Shown piece by piece: positions 1 to 9,930 of a DNA stretch of 56,737 bases. This stretch comes from an uncultured Bacteroidales bacterium (GTDB taxonomy: Bacteria > Bacteroidota > Bacteroidia > Bacteroidales > JAGOPY01). Under the pieces are notes generated by a model, which worked only from the letters and a program-made list of their open reading frames with translations, did not search any database and had not been told where the DNA came from. The stretch spans positions 4,491-61,227 of the forward strand of contig CAZXWD010000005.1 in the NCBI GenBank assembly GCA_964644135.1, written 5' to 3'. How positions within the stretch are numbered: the stretch's first letter is position 1; each line of letters starts with the position of its first letter. The translations under genes and the position numbers were made by a program.

Positions 1-83
1 TTTTGTAAGAGGCTGGAAAAATATTCATCGGATGACTAAAAAGTTGGCAAATACCTCCATAGCTAGTCATCCGTTGAATTGCG

Positions 84-695
84 TTATTTTTTGGCCTTGA
101 TCGAGCAGCCGATCGCCTTTGTTTCAGTTACTTCAGGCTTGTTGCCGTTAAGCAAGGCCATAACCGCATCCTCCACATACTTTTCGTCGGCATCAGAGGC
201 ATCTGCGTAGTTATTATCAATGGCTCCGATATACTCTACCATCCAGCCCTTTTGGCCGTTGCTGAGCACATAGATGTGAGGTGTGCGTGTAGCCCCGAAT
301 TCAGGATAAACAGTTTGTTCCTCGTCGAAAAGGTAAGGGAAGGTGTATCCTTTTTCTTTGGAACGTTTCTGCATGTTCTCAAAGCTGTCTTCTTCATATA
401 CGGCAGGATCGTTCGGGTTAATGGCAATTACAGGGAAGCCTTTATCTGCAAATTTCTCGTCAAGGTCCATGATCCGTTGCTCGTATGCTTTGGCATAAGG
501 ACAATGATTGCAGGTAAAGATCACAATGGCACCTTTGGAGTCGTCGTAATCACTGAGCGAAACCCAGGTATTGTCAACATTCTTCAGTTTGAAATCATCA
601 ACCTTGTCGCCTGTCTCATAACCTTTGCTGCCTGCCATAACATAGGTTCCGGCTAGAAAGAACAGCACCAGTAAAAAAGTTTTATTCATCTTCAT
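84..695 (-). CDS. Thioredoxin-fold/AhpC-TSA family protein, exported
   Basis: Signal peptide; FTCNHCPY CxxC motif; C-terminal GCSIK typical of this redoxin family. Confidence 0.85.
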   Translation of the reverse strand: MKMNKTFLLVLFFLAGTYVMAGSKGYETGDKVDDFKLKNVDNTWVSLSDYDDSKGAIVIFTCNHCPYAKAYEQRIMDLDEKFADKGFPVIAINPNDPAVYEEDSFENMQKRSKEKGYTFPYLFDEEQTVYPEFGATRTPHIYVLSNGQKGWMVEYIGAIDNNYADASDADEKYVEDAVMALLNGNKPEVTETKAIGCSIKAKK

Positions 696-705
696 AGTTA
701 TAATT

Positions 706-1251
706 TTATATTAATGATTTTACAATTGATTCAAGTTCCAGGTAAGTGAATTCCTTTTCGTAGAACATCCTCTCATCTCCTTTGTAAAAGAGGGTGGCAG
801 GGATGGAACCGGTCCATCCTTCATCAACCCTGTTTATCCAGGAATTGGCATCGGGGTCGTTCAGCATGACAACCTCCGACTTTAAGTTTTTCTGATTGAT
901 GAAAGGGATGAGCTTCTTCTCAAGCTGGTTCCTGAAATCAAGGCTGACCAGCAACACCTTTACTTTTTGAGAGGAGAATTCACTGTTAATTTTTTCAAAG
1001 TAGGGCATTTCTTTTATGCATGGCTTGCACCAGGAAGCCCAGAAATTTATGATGTACAGAGTATCATTGTCCTTGTATAGCAATGGCTCAAAAGCATCAA
1101 AATCATAGATCTTTATGTTTTGTCCTTTCAGGCTGACTGTTTCGATCGGCACAACCTTGTTACCTGTTGATTCTGTTTCGTTGTCGCCAACCGATTTACA
1201 GGCTGTCAGTATTACAGAGGAAAACAATAAGAATACCAAAAATCTTTTCAT
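706..1251 (-). CDS. TlpA-family disulfide reductase, lipoprotein
   Basis: NFWASWCKPC motif; lipobox LTAC; start moved from track TTG (1278) to ATG MKRF at 1251. Confidence 0.85.
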   Translation of the reverse strand: MKRFLVFLLFSSVILTACKSVGDNETESTGNKVVPIETVSLKGQNIKIYDFDAFEPLLYKDNDTLYIINFWASWCKPCIKEMPYFEKINSEFSSQKVKVLLVSLDFRNQLEKKLIPFINQKNLKSEVVMLNDPDANSWINRVDEGWTGSIPATLFYKGDERMFYEKEFTYLELESIVKSLI

Positions 1252-1341
1252 ACCCAATTCCGTTGAACACCTAAACAAGGGATGATCACTCTTTGTTCAA
1301 AACCGTTTAAAATGAATATGTTGTAAAGAATTCAGGATCAT

Positions 1342-2409
1342 TCAAAACCCCAGCAGGAAACCTGCGGCACCAACAAGGGCTCCAACTATGAGATTGACCC
1401 CTTTCATTGTAAAGAAGCTTTTTTTGGATTCTGCCAGAAGGGGTATTGACCCATGGCCGTCCTGTACAACTGAATTGGCCAGCAGGATTGAAAAGGGGAT
1501 ATGCCCGCCTGCAAACAGGGTTATAAAGATGATGTTGGGGCCGGATTGTGGTATGATCCCGATCATAAGTGCAGCTAAGAGTATAAGAAGGGTGTTTTGC
1601 TGCATCCAGTCTTCAATATGCAGGTATGTCATTAGCAATTGTATGGCGACAAGGGCCCCGAAGGTCCAAAGGAATATCCTGGGTATATGTTTTTTGATCG
1701 TATGTTTCCACAGGTGTGAATCTATAAAGTGATCGGGAACTGTAACAACAATGAACAATCCTATTACGGTGGCGATAACAAAGGTGGTCCTTTTCCAGTC
1801 CCAGGAATCAGGTCCCAGTATTCCGAGTATAAGAAGGATCAGAAAAAGTACAAGGCCGGTGATAAGCAGGGTCCGGACGAAGGTAATGTTTCTGAGTTGC
1901 GGCAATATCTCACCGGCTTCAAAGCAATGACAATCAGGGTGGTGATGTACTTTCAGGTGGTTTTCATCCAGTTTTACCAGGGTTTTGTTCCCGATTATGC
2001 CTTTCAGGACAAAACCAGTCAGGATGGCAAGGATAAAGAGGATACCATTGACCAGGAAAGCCTCTTTAGGGATCATTGAGAACATAATGAACGCTTCATC
2101 ACCCGATGTTGCGATCATCGTAGTGTTGAGCGACGCAAAGTTTATGACCTTGTGTATATAGAGTGATACTGAAGTGAAGGAACCGAGGCAGCCGGGAATT
2201 ATGCCGAGCAGGGCCGCCAGGATAATCTGAAAGCCGCGCTTCCTGTCCATCAGGCTGAGCCACCTGCCTTTACTGAGAACGGTTATGTACTCGATGAGCA
2301 ACAGCATCATCAGGACGAAATAGGTGATCATGAGCGTTTCCAGGAAGACGCCCAGGAGCAACTCGCCAAATCCGGCATCGTGCGAATGACTGTGAATATG
2401 AAGCAGCAT
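1342..2409 (-). CDS. Putative manganese/metal transporter (DUF2899-like)
   Basis: Multi-TM; family motifs PGCLG, ATSGDEAF, PQSGP, QDGHG; His-rich segments. Confidence 0.7.
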   Translation of the reverse strand: MLLHIHSHSHDAGFGELLLGVFLETLMITYFVLMMLLLIEYITVLSKGRWLSLMDRKRGFQIILAALLGIIPGCLGSFTSVSLYIHKVINFASLNTTMIATSGDEAFIMFSMIPKEAFLVNGILFILAILTGFVLKGIIGNKTLVKLDENHLKVHHHPDCHCFEAGEILPQLRNITFVRTLLITGLVLFLILLILGILGPDSWDWKRTTFVIATVIGLFIVVTVPDHFIDSHLWKHTIKKHIPRIFLWTFGALVAIQLLMTYLHIEDWMQQNTLLILLAALMIGIIPQSGPNIIFITLFAGGHIPFSILLANSVVQDGHGSIPLLAESKKSFFTMKGVNLIVGALVGAAGFLLGF

Positions 2410-2413
2410 GGTT

Positions 2414-2848
2414 TTAGTTGGCAGGGCCGTTATAGATCACAAAATTTCTTTCAGTTTCGTACAGTTCTATTGAGAGCTCAAGGGCGGGGTCGATCTTTTC
2501 TCTCATGATATACCATATCTTAATGGCAATATTCTCTGCCGATGGGTTCAGATCGGCAAAATCTTTCACGTCAAGGTAAAGGTTTTTATGGTCGTACCTT
2601 TCTTCAACGTGTTCTTTTATGATCTTGCTGAGTTCACCGAGATCTATTACGTATCCTGTTTCAGGATCCACAGGTCCGGTGAGCCTGACAATGAGGTTAT
2701 AGTTGTGCCCGTGATAGTTTTCGTTATTACATTTCCCGAAAACCCTTTCATTTTTATCGTTGTCCCAGTTTGGGTTATGTAACCTGTGGGTTGCGTTAAA
2801 GTGGGCCTTCCTGCAAACAGTTACAATTTCTTTATTATTGGATGTCAT
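2414..2848 (-). CDS. queD: 6-carboxytetrahydropterin/6-pyruvoyl-tetrahydropterin synthase
   Basis: FNATHRL, CxxxxxHGHNY, PSAENIA, ETERN motifs. Confidence 0.85.
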   Translation of the reverse strand: MTSNNKEIVTVCRKAHFNATHRLHNPNWDNDKNERVFGKCNNENYHGHNYNLIVRLTGPVDPETGYVIDLGELSKIIKEHVEERYDHKNLYLDVKDFADLNPSAENIAIKIWYIMREKIDPALELSIELYETERNFVIYNGPAN

Positions 2849-2868
2849 GATATTTCAAGTTTATGATG

Positions 2869-2876
2869 CAAAAATA
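2869..2876 (-). promoter_or_regulatory. Bacteroidota sigmaA -7 element (TATTTTTG) upstream of queD
   Basis: Exact TAnnTTTG about 20 nt before ATG. Confidence 0.6.
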
Positions 2877-2912
2877 AAATCTATACCGACATTGTGGATT
2901 TTCTTGTTGCCT

Positions 2913-3242
2913 TTATTCAATATATTCCTCTGGCTTGTCTTCCATAAGGTCTGAAGACGGAAACTTCACACCTTTTTCGTAACCATATTTCCTGAAGCTG
3001 ATTTTTTTGATCCTGACCCTTGGGACAGGATCATAACCACTTGTGCCCCAGGGGTTACACCTTACTATCCGGCTAATTGACATTATTCCGCCCCTAATCG
3101 GTCCATGATATTTAAGCGCTTCTAAGGAATACTGCGAACACGATGGATAATGCCTGCAGGTAGTTGGAAGCAGGGGTGATATCAACCATTTATAAAGGTA
3201 TATCAGGAGGACAAAGGGTGCTATTAGTATCTTTCTGATCAA
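2913..3242 (-). CDS. yidD: Membrane protein insertion efficiency factor YidD
   Basis: [10 protein letters not shown] and [14 protein letters not shown] motifs. Confidence 0.9.
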   Translation of the reverse strand: MIRKILIAPFVLLIYLYKWLISPLLPTTCRHYPSCSQYSLEALKYHGPIRGGIMSISRIVRCNPWGTSGYDPVPRVRIKKISFRKYGYEKGVKFPSSDLMEDKPEEYIE

Positions 3243-5257
3243 TTCTCATCCGTTGTTTTGCAAGGTTCTTCAGTTCCGGGGGTTCTGAAAAGATCGAGTG
3301 CATCAGCGAGGTTTTTTGATCGCCCAAGCACAAAGATCACATCGTTTACCCGGAAGGTGAATTTCTTGTCGGGCAGCCTGATCATTTGCTGATTCCTGCT
3401 CACCGCGAGGGGGGTGAGCTTGTGATCTTTTGAAAACTGATCGACATCAATGGGGTTGCCTAAAATGGGGGCTCCCTCGCAAACATGGATCGAATGTATC
3501 TCAACCTCCGGGATGTTTACCGTAAGATTTGAAAAAGTGGCATCTTCCAGTGAAAGGCTGCGGAACATCTGGTATCCGTCAGACCTCACTTCCGCCACAA
3601 GCTTTTCTATCACATCATGGGGGATGAGGTATTTTGCAAGTACACGTGTAAAAATTTCAATGCTGGTCTCAAATTCTTCAGGTATCACCTCATCGGCGCC
3701 AAGAGCGAACATCTCCTTCATGTCGGAAATAAACCTTGTCCTGATGATAATGTGTACATGAGGGTTCATCCTTCTGGCGTTCAATATGATCCTTCGGGCA
3801 TCGCCAGGACTTGGAATTGTGACCACCAAAATAAGGGCTTCCTGGATATTGGCATGTGAAAGAACTTCGTGCTGAGTGGCATCGCCGTAATAGATAATTT
3901 CCCCTTGTTCGCGCTCTCTTCTGACGGTATCCGGGTTAATTTCGATTATCACATGAGGGATTTTGGCAAATTTTGCCGCCCTGGCCACATTCCTGCCGTT
4001 AATACCGTAGCCAACGATCACAAGATGGTCGGATATTTTGGCAATGGTGCTCTCAGGCTTTGGGAACAAGCCATACCTGAGCTTATCGGGCAAAGGCCAT
4101 TTCATGATCATGTCAGAGGCTTTAGTAGCCAGCTTGATCACTATGGGTGTCGCAGCCATACTTAATACTGAAATAGCAAGGAAAAGCTGGTAATTCGACT
4201 CTGAGAGGATCCCTTCATCCATTCCGATCTCGGACAGGATAAAGCTGAACTCTCCCACCTGGCTCAGCGTGAAACCTGTGATTATAGCAATCCTCAATGG
4301 AAAGCCGAGAATAAACGCAGCTGCTCCCGCCAGGAATGTTTTTACCGAGAGCACGAGGGTGGCAAAGAGCAGGATGGAAATAATGTTATCGATGAAAAAT
4401 GTGACATTGAGCAGCATTCCTATTGAAATGAAGAAAAATGAGGTGAATACGTGTAAAAAAGGTATGACATTGCCCAGTGTCTGCTGGCTGTATTCTGACT
4501 CAGAGATCATCAGCCCTGCCAGGAATGCCCCCAGCGCCAGTGACAACCCTGCACTGTAGGTCATGAATGCGATGGCAAAAGCCAGCACCATAACACTGAT
4601 CAGGAAGAGTTCCCTGCTCTGTGTCCTGGCAACCTGGTACAGGATCCTGGGCAGGATGTATTTTGCCCCGAGGATTACTATTGCTGCAACAATGACGGCT
4701 TTAATGAGGATCTCGATCACTGATCCGCCCATAGCATCTGAATTACCGGCCAGGAAAGGAGTGATGAGCATCATCGGTACTATGATGATATCCTGGAATA
4801 TAAGGATCCCTAGTGAGATCCTTCCGTTTGGTGTATCAATATCACCTTTGTCCTGCAACAGTTTCAGAACTACAGCCGTACTGCTGAGGGCAATGAGAAA
4901 ACCTATGAAAACTGATTCGTTCATAGGGTTACCCATTCTCCTGGCAATCAGGAATATCACGGCAATCGTAAGAAGGACCTGAAAAGACCCGCCTATAAGT
5001 AAGATCTTCCTGATCTTGATGAGGCTTTTCAGTGAGAATTCAATGCCGATAGTAAAGAGCAGGAGTATGACACCGATCTCAGCCAGCACCTCCACATCGT
5101 GCACATCGGTGATGATCTGCAACCCGTGGGGGCCTGCCAGCACACCGGTAATGAGCAAGCCAATTACCTCCGGGATCTTGAGTTTATTAAACACCCAGAG
5201 CAATACAACGGCCAGTCCCAGGATCAGAACTATGTCTTTCAGGAATTCAAACTCCAT
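3239..5257 (-). CDS. CPA2 monovalent cation:proton antiporter with TrkA-N/TrkA-C domains (Kef-like)
   Basis: [28 protein letters not shown] motifs; VGYGINGR Rossmann; YGDAT. Confidence 0.9.
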   Translation of the reverse strand: MEFEFLKDIVLILGLAVVLLWVFNKLKIPEVIGLLITGVLAGPHGLQIITDVHDVEVLAEIGVILLLFTIGIEFSLKSLIKIRKILLIGGSFQVLLTIAVIFLIARRMGNPMNESVFIGFLIALSSTAVVLKLLQDKGDIDTPNGRISLGILIFQDIIIVPMMLITPFLAGNSDAMGGSVIEILIKAVIVAAIVILGAKYILPRILYQVARTQSRELFLISVMVLAFAIAFMTYSAGLSLALGAFLAGLMISESEYSQQTLGNVIPFLHVFTSFFFISIGMLLNVTFFIDNIISILLFATLVLSVKTFLAGAAAFILGFPLRIAIITGFTLSQVGEFSFILSEIGMDEGILSESNYQLFLAISVLSMAATPIVIKLATKASDMIMKWPLPDKLRYGLFPKPESTIAKISDHLVIVGYGINGRNVARAAKFAKIPHVIIEINPDTVRREREQGEIIYYGDATQHEVLSHANIQEALILVVTIPSPGDARRIILNARRMNPHVHIIIRTRFISDMKEMFALGADEVIPEEFETSIEIFTRVLAKYLIPHDVIEKLVAEVRSDGYQMFRSLSLEDATFSNLTVNIPEVEIHSIHVCEGAPILGNPIDVDQFSKDHKLTPLAVSRNQQMIRLPDKKFTFRVNDVIFVLGRSKNLADALDLFRTPGTEEPCKTTDEN

Positions 5258-5276
5258 GGGAATTGTTTTGCAAGGG

Positions 5277-5284
5277 CAAATATA
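5277..5284 (-). promoter_or_regulatory. sigmaA -7 element (TATATTTG) for the Kef-like gene
   Basis: Exact TAnnTTTG 20 nt before ATG. Confidence 0.6.
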
Positions 5285-5340
5285 GCTATTTTGTCACCTG
5301 CATTGGAAGGTAAGATAACAGCAGAAGGGCAAAATTCCGA

Positions 5341-5547
5341 TCAGTTAAGCGTGCTCTGTGTTTTCTTTCTGCTCTCTTCCTTTGCCGCACAGCATGCCCC
5401 CGACATTGTGCAAATCATGAACAATATGATGGCAGATGCGAAAAGTCCAAGTGTTACATAGCAAAACGAAAACTCGAAGAATGACATCACAAGGCTGATC
5501 AGTCCCAAACCTCCCAGGGTCAGTGCGATATATGGTATCCTTTTCAT
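5341..5547 (-). CDS. Small hypothetical 2-TM membrane protein
   Basis: 68-aa ATG ORF filling an intergenic gap; two hydrophobic stretches, Cys cluster, basic tail. Confidence 0.55.
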   Translation of the reverse strand: MKRIPYIALTLGGLGLISLVMSFFEFSFCYVTLGLFASAIILFMICTMSGACCAAKEESRKKTQSTLN

Positions 5548-5654
5548 AGGGTTGATACTTATTTCAAATATAGCCTTCTAAAACACGCATTCGAAATAAA
5601 TAAATGTGACATATATCAAATTTTTATATACCAAAGATCATATTCAGGTGCAAC

Positions 5655-5680
5655 AAAAAACCCGGCTTTCAGGCCGGGTC
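5655..5680 (-). terminator. Intrinsic terminator after rplS
   Basis: Minus strand GACCCGGC-CTGAAA-GCCGGGTT followed by a T run. Confidence 0.85.
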
Positions 5681-5701
5681 TGTTAGGTATTCTTGTTATT
5701 C

Positions 5702-6055
5702 CTAATATCTTGCTTCCTTGATCCTTGCTTTCTTTCCCCTGAGTCCTCGCAGGTAGAATATCCTTGCCCTGCGTACAACACCTCTCTTATTAATAGCGAT
5801 TTTTTCAATGAAAGGGGATGAGATCGGAAAGACCCTTTCCACACCCACGTTGTTGGAGATCTTCCTGACAGTGAAGGTTTCAGTGGGGCCGGAACCTCTG
5901 CGCTGTAAAACCACCCCCTGGAAATTCTGGAGCCTTTCCTTGTTCCCTTCCTTGATCTTGTAAGTAACTGTTATGGTATCTCCTGCTGAGAATTTGGGAA
6001 CCTCTTTCTGTTCAGTTAACCCCTCTACAAATTGCATTGTTTCGTTCTTGCCCAT
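5702..6055 (-). CDS. rplS: 50S ribosomal protein L19
   Basis: [41 protein letters not shown]. Confidence 0.98.
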   Translation of the reverse strand: MGKNETMQFVEGLTEQKEVPKFSAGDTITVTYKIKEGNKERLQNFQGVVLQRRGSGPTETFTVRKISNNVGVERVFPISSPFIEKIAINKRGVVRRARIFYLRGLRGKKARIKEARY

Positions 6056-6096
6056 GGTGATAATCTCCTTTTGATCAGTGATTTCAAAAATGAGTG

Positions 6097-6104
6097 CAAA
6101 TATA
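6097..6104 (-). promoter_or_regulatory. sigmaA -7 element (TATATTTG) for rplS
   Basis: Exact TAnnTTTG about 40 nt before ATG. Confidence 0.6.
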
Positions 6105-6172
6105 CAAGGATTTTTTTAATGCACAATCAAAATAGGCAAAAAACCTTTATCGATTCAGAAAAAATATGATGC

Positions 6173-6853
6173 TCAACCTTCCAGCAGATCAGGGCGTCTT
6201 TCCTTTGTGCGCTCCATTGCCTTCTTTGTCTTCCATTCCCTGATCTTTGCATCATGGCCCGAGAGAAGGACATCAGGCACCTTCCATCCCCTGAAATCGG
6301 CGGGGCGGGTATAAACCGGAGGTGACAGAAGACCGTCCTGGAAAGAATCTGACAGGGCAGAGGTTTCGTCACCCAGCACACCGGGGATCAATCTTAGCAG
6401 GCTATCGGTGAGGATGCCTGCCGCCCATTCACCGCCCGAAAGCACATAATCCCCAATCGAGATCTCTTTGGTGATATAGTTTTCCCTTATCCTTTCATCA
6501 ATTCCTTTATAATGGCCGCAAAGCAGTATGATGTTTGAAAGTGTCGACATCCGGTTGCATTCGGCCTGGCCGAGCAGCTCACCATCCGGCGTCAGGAAAA
6601 TGATCTCATCATAATGCCTCTCTTCCTTGAGCTTATCCAGGCAGGCTGCCAGGGGCCCAGGTATAAGCACCATTCCTGCCCCGCCTCCGTAAGGGTAATC
6701 GTCAACACTCCGGTATTTGTTGTCAGTAAATTCCCTCAGGTCGTGAATGACCACCCGGGCAAGACCTTTTTCAACAGCCCTTGCCGGAATGGAATAGGAA
6801 AACGGACTGGTGAAAAAATCAGGGAATATGGTAATGATGTCTATCCTTAGCAT
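6173..6853 (-). CDS. trmD: tRNA (guanine37-N1)-methyltransferase
   Basis: VDDYPYGGGAGM, CGHYKGIDER, IGDYVLSGGE motifs. Confidence 0.98.
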   Translation of the reverse strand: MLRIDIITIFPDFFTSPFSYSIPARAVEKGLARVVIHDLREFTDNKYRSVDDYPYGGGAGMVLIPGPLAACLDKLKEERHYDEIIFLTPDGELLGQAECNRMSTLSNIILLCGHYKGIDERIRENYITKEISIGDYVLSGGEWAAGILTDSLLRLIPGVLGDETSALSDSFQDGLLSPPVYTRPADFRGWKVPDVLLSGHDAKIREWKTKKAMERTKERRPDLLEG

Positions 6854-6950
6854 GCCCTAAAATTAAGAATATCCGCTCAAACAAATGCTTTAGCCTATTG
6901 TTTAAGTATAATGAGATATCTTTATTAATAACAATTGTTGATGAGTTTCG

Positions 6951-6958
6951 TAATTTTG
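6951..6958 (+). promoter_or_regulatory. sigmaA -7 element (TAATTTTG) for the S8 peptidase
   Basis: Exact TAnnTTTG about 25 nt before ATG. Confidence 0.6.
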
Positions 6959-6982
6959 TGCCTCTAAATCAAACAAAATACC

Positions 6983-8653
6983 ATGAAAAAACTTTTTCTG
7001 ATATTCTTTTCACTGGCATATACACTTGCCGTATCACAGGTGGGCCCCGACAAGTATTTTGTCAGGTTCACCGATAAGAACAACTCTCCCTATTCTATTT
7101 CAGACCCGCTGGAATACCTTTCACAGCGTGCTATCGACCGCAGGGCTGACCAGGGGATCCCAATTGTTGAAAATGATCTTCCGGTAAACCCGCAATACCT
7201 CCAGGGTGTTGAACAGGCCGGTGCAGAGATCCTGAATCCCTCAAAATGGCTTAACGGGGTTTCAGTATATACTGATGATCCGTCTGTAATTCAGGCAATA
7301 GAGGAATTGCCCTATGTTATATCAACTACCAGGATTTCCCAACTTAAGTCGGATGCCGCAAAAGGGGAGGAGAAGCCCTTCTTCAGAAATGAGGTCTATG
7401 ATCAGCCGGCTCCTGTCAATATTTTAAAATCAGGAAGAAGCACCATGTATGATTATGGCCTTGCTTTTAACCAGATAAATATGCTCAACGGCGACCAGAT
7501 GCATGAAATGGGCTATCGTGGCCAGGGCATGGTCATTGCAGTCCTCGATGCCGGTTTTATCGGTGCTGATACTCATCCCGCTTTCGACAGCATCTGGATG
7601 AACGGTCAGGTATTGGGCACCCGCGATTTTGTGGATGGGGGAGAGGTTACATTCACGACACATCCGCATGGAACTATGGTGCTGGGTACCATGGCAGCCA
7701 ACGAAGCGGGGGAAATGATCGGTACGGCACCCATGGCCTCCTACTGGCTCCTGAGGTCAGAAGACGGAGGATCTGAATATATTATAGAGGAATACAACTG
7801 GGTTTCGGCAGCAGAGTTTGCCGACAGCGCCGGAGCCGATATCATCAACTCCTCTTTGGGTTACACTACCTTTAACGATCCCTCCCAAAACCATTCTTAC
7901 GATGATATGGACGGGAACACGACCCCGATTACCATCGGAGCAGACTATGCCGCCAGCAAAGGGATGCTGGTTGTCAACAGCCTCGGGAACGAAGGGAACA
8001 GTTCATGGTACTATCTTGCTGCTCCCTCCGACGGCGACAGTGTAATGGGAGTGGGTGCCGTTGACGGAGACGGCAATTATGCTTCATTCAGTTCACACGG
8101 TCCTTCGGCCGACGGAAGGGTTAAACCGAATGTTGCAGCCCAGGGGTCAGGCGTTTACACAGTTGATCCCTGGAACACATATACCTTCTCCGGTGGAACA
8201 TCCTTTTCCTCCCCCATAATGGCGGGAATGTCAGCTTGTCTCTGGCAGGCCAATCCTGAAATGACCAATATGGAGATAATGAGTGCCTTACAACAAAGCG
8301 CATCACAATACACAAATCCAGATGAATTTCTGGGTTATGGCATTCCGGATATTATGATGGCCAATAACATCCTCACTGTAATTGATGGCCCTGAAGGGAC
8401 AAATATTCAGGTTGCCGCTTTTCCCAATCCCTTCGACGAATATATAAGGATTGAACTAAGGACGGAGGATGCCGGATTGGAGGAGAGTAGGGTAGAGGTG
8501 ATCGACCTGGCAGGAAAAGTTGTAATTTCTGAAGGTTTTGCTGCAGGAAAAGAGAAGGCCCTGGATACAGGCACTATGCCTTCGGGGATCTACTTTATGA
8601 AAATATCCGGGATCAACGGTGAAAGCAAAACACTAAAGATCATCAAAAGGTAA
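6983..8653 (+). CDS. S8 (subtilisin-like) serine peptidase with T9SS C-terminal sorting domain
   Basis: Catalytic triad motifs VLDAGF, HGT, GTSFSSP; C-terminal AFPNPF...GIYFMKI...KIIKR. Confidence 0.92.
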   Translation: MKKLFLIFFSLAYTLAVSQVGPDKYFVRFTDKNNSPYSISDPLEYLSQRAIDRRADQGIPIVENDLPVNPQYLQGVEQAGAEILNPSKWLNGVSVYTDDPSVIQAIEELPYVISTTRISQLKSDAAKGEEKPFFRNEVYDQPAPVNILKSGRSTMYDYGLAFNQINMLNGDQMHEMGYRGQGMVIAVLDAGFIGADTHPAFDSIWMNGQVLGTRDFVDGGEVTFTTHPHGTMVLGTMAANEAGEMIGTAPMASYWLLRSEDGGSEYIIEEYNWVSAAEFADSAGADIINSSLGYTTFNDPSQNHSYDDMDGNTTPITIGADYAASKGMLVVNSLGNEGNSSWYYLAAPSDGDSVMGVGAVDGDGNYASFSSHGPSADGRVKPNVAAQGSGVYTVDPWNTYTFSGGTSFSSPIMAGMSACLWQANPEMTNMEIMSALQQSASQYTNPDEFLGYGIPDIMMANNILTVIDGPEGTNIQVAAFPNPFDEYIRIELRTEDAGLEESRVEVIDLAGKVVISEGFAAGKEKALDTGTMPSGIYFMKISGINGESKTLKIIKR

Positions 8654-8680
8654 AAAGCACGTAGAAATTATTGGTTATTG

Positions 8681-8714
8681 AAAAAAAGCATGGCGATGAG
8701 CCATGCTTTTTTTT
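8681..8714. terminator. Intrinsic terminator (bidirectional-type) after the S8 peptidase
   Basis: A7-GCATGGC-GATGA-GCCATGC-T8. Confidence 0.9.
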
Positions 8715-8966
8715 GATCCTGCATGTGATAGCCACTTCCATCCTGTTTCTCTGTATTTATTTACAATACAGCCCTAATTTGTAACACGATTCAACTAATT
8801 TTATTAACATCGGTTAACGATATTTCAAGAGGCCTGACAAAAATTCATGATTGTCTGTTTTATAATTCATAAAAGACTAATTGCCAGATCATAAAACAGT
8901 TTCATTTAAAGCTTTTAATTAGGTATTTTTCGTTCCTTGGGATGCATTACAGAACAACTTGAGTTA

Positions 8967-9022
8967 ACATATGTAAACTATAAATACACATATGTAAACT
9001 ACAAATGGGTTACATTTGTAAC
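8967..9022 (+). promoter_or_regulatory. Putative operator array: ACATATGTAAACTA x2 (21-bp period) plus palindrome GTTACA-TT-TGTAAC containing a TACATTTG -7 element
   Basis: Repeats at 8967-8980 and 8988-9001; palindrome 9009-9022 abutting ATG 9023. Confidence 0.65.
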
Positions 9023-9397
9023 ATGCTTGAGAGGTTAAATAAATTACTTGAGCTTGAAGAATTAAGTTCTAGCCAGTTTGCCGACAGGCTGGGTGTGCAG
9101 CGGTCAGGTATTTCCCATATACTGAACGGCAGGAACAAGCCCAGCCTGGATCTTATAAGCAAGATACTGAGATCATTCCCGGATATCAATCCTGACTGGC
9201 TGATACTTGGTATAGGAGAACCCTACAGGAATAGAAAAGGAAATGAGGATCGACATCAATCAACCCTTTTTGATCAGAAAAAGAAAAGCGATCAGTCTCA
9301 TAAACGGGAAAAGGGACTGGTGCAGTCCCTTGAAAAAGAAGTTGTTAAAGTACTTGTATTATATTCTGATAATACCTTTGAGGTATATGAGCCCTGA
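9023..9397 (+). CDS. XRE-family helix-turn-helix transcriptional regulator
   Basis: SSSQFADRLGVQRSGISHILNGRNKPSLD HTH_3 motif; NPDWLILG; start likely 9023 (track 9005). Confidence 0.9.
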   Translation: MLERLNKLLELEELSSSQFADRLGVQRSGISHILNGRNKPSLDLISKILRSFPDINPDWLILGIGEPYRNRKGNEDRHQSTLFDQKKKSDQSHKREKGLVQSLEKEVVKVLVLYSDNTFEVYEP

Positions 9398-9404
9398 TTT
9401 AAGC

Positions 9405-9827
9405 TCAGTGCACTCGTTCAAGCTCTGAAAAGAAAAATCCCGCCTCTATTATGGCATTTTCATCGGAATCAGACCCGTGTACGGCATTTTCCTGGATATT
9501 TGTACCATACGCAGCCCTAACTGTTCCTTCTGCTGCATCTTCCGGGTTGGTTGATCCGATGAATTCCCGGTAAGCTTCAATAGCGTTCTCTTTTTCAAGG
9601 ATTGCAGCAACTATTGGTCCCGACGACATGAATTCGGTAAGATCGTTGTAAAACGGGCGCTCTCTGTGGACTTCGTAGAACTTCATGGCCTGTTCCTTCG
9701 ATAGCTTCAGATATTTCATGGCCACTATCTTAAAACCCCCTTTGATTATCATATCAAGAATGGCACCGGTATGGCCGTTACGGACCGCCTCGGGCTTGAT
9801 CATTGTAAGTGTGATTTTTCCTGCCAT
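9405..9827 (-). CDS. ndk: Nucleoside diphosphate kinase
   Basis: [23 protein letters not shown]. Confidence 0.97.
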   Translation of the reverse strand: MAGKITLTMIKPEAVRNGHTGAILDMIIKGGFKIVAMKYLKLSKEQAMKFYEVHRERPFYNDLTEFMSSGPIVAAILEKENAIEAYREFIGSTNPEDAAEGTVRAAYGTNIQENAVHGSDSDENAIIEAGFFFSELERVH

Positions 9828-9855
9828 ATATGTGAAATTTTTTAATTAGAAGCGG

Positions 9856-9863
9856 CAAAAATA
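9856..9863 (-). promoter_or_regulatory. sigmaA -7 element (TATTTTTG) for ndk
   Basis: Exact TAnnTTTG about 30 nt before ATG. Confidence 0.6.
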
Positions 9864-9930
9864 ATATAAATGAGGCCTTCGTGGAAGTATATTTTTTATT
9901 AATTACTTTTGTTCCTGAAATATCTCGAAA

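Noticed and set aside
8715-9005. AT-rich intergenic region as oriC
   Set aside because: No cluster of DnaA boxes, and a dif site 13 kb away argues for the terminus.
9023-9397. Prophage suggested by the XRE repressor
   Set aside because: No integrase, cro, replication or structural genes; flanks are housekeeping genes.
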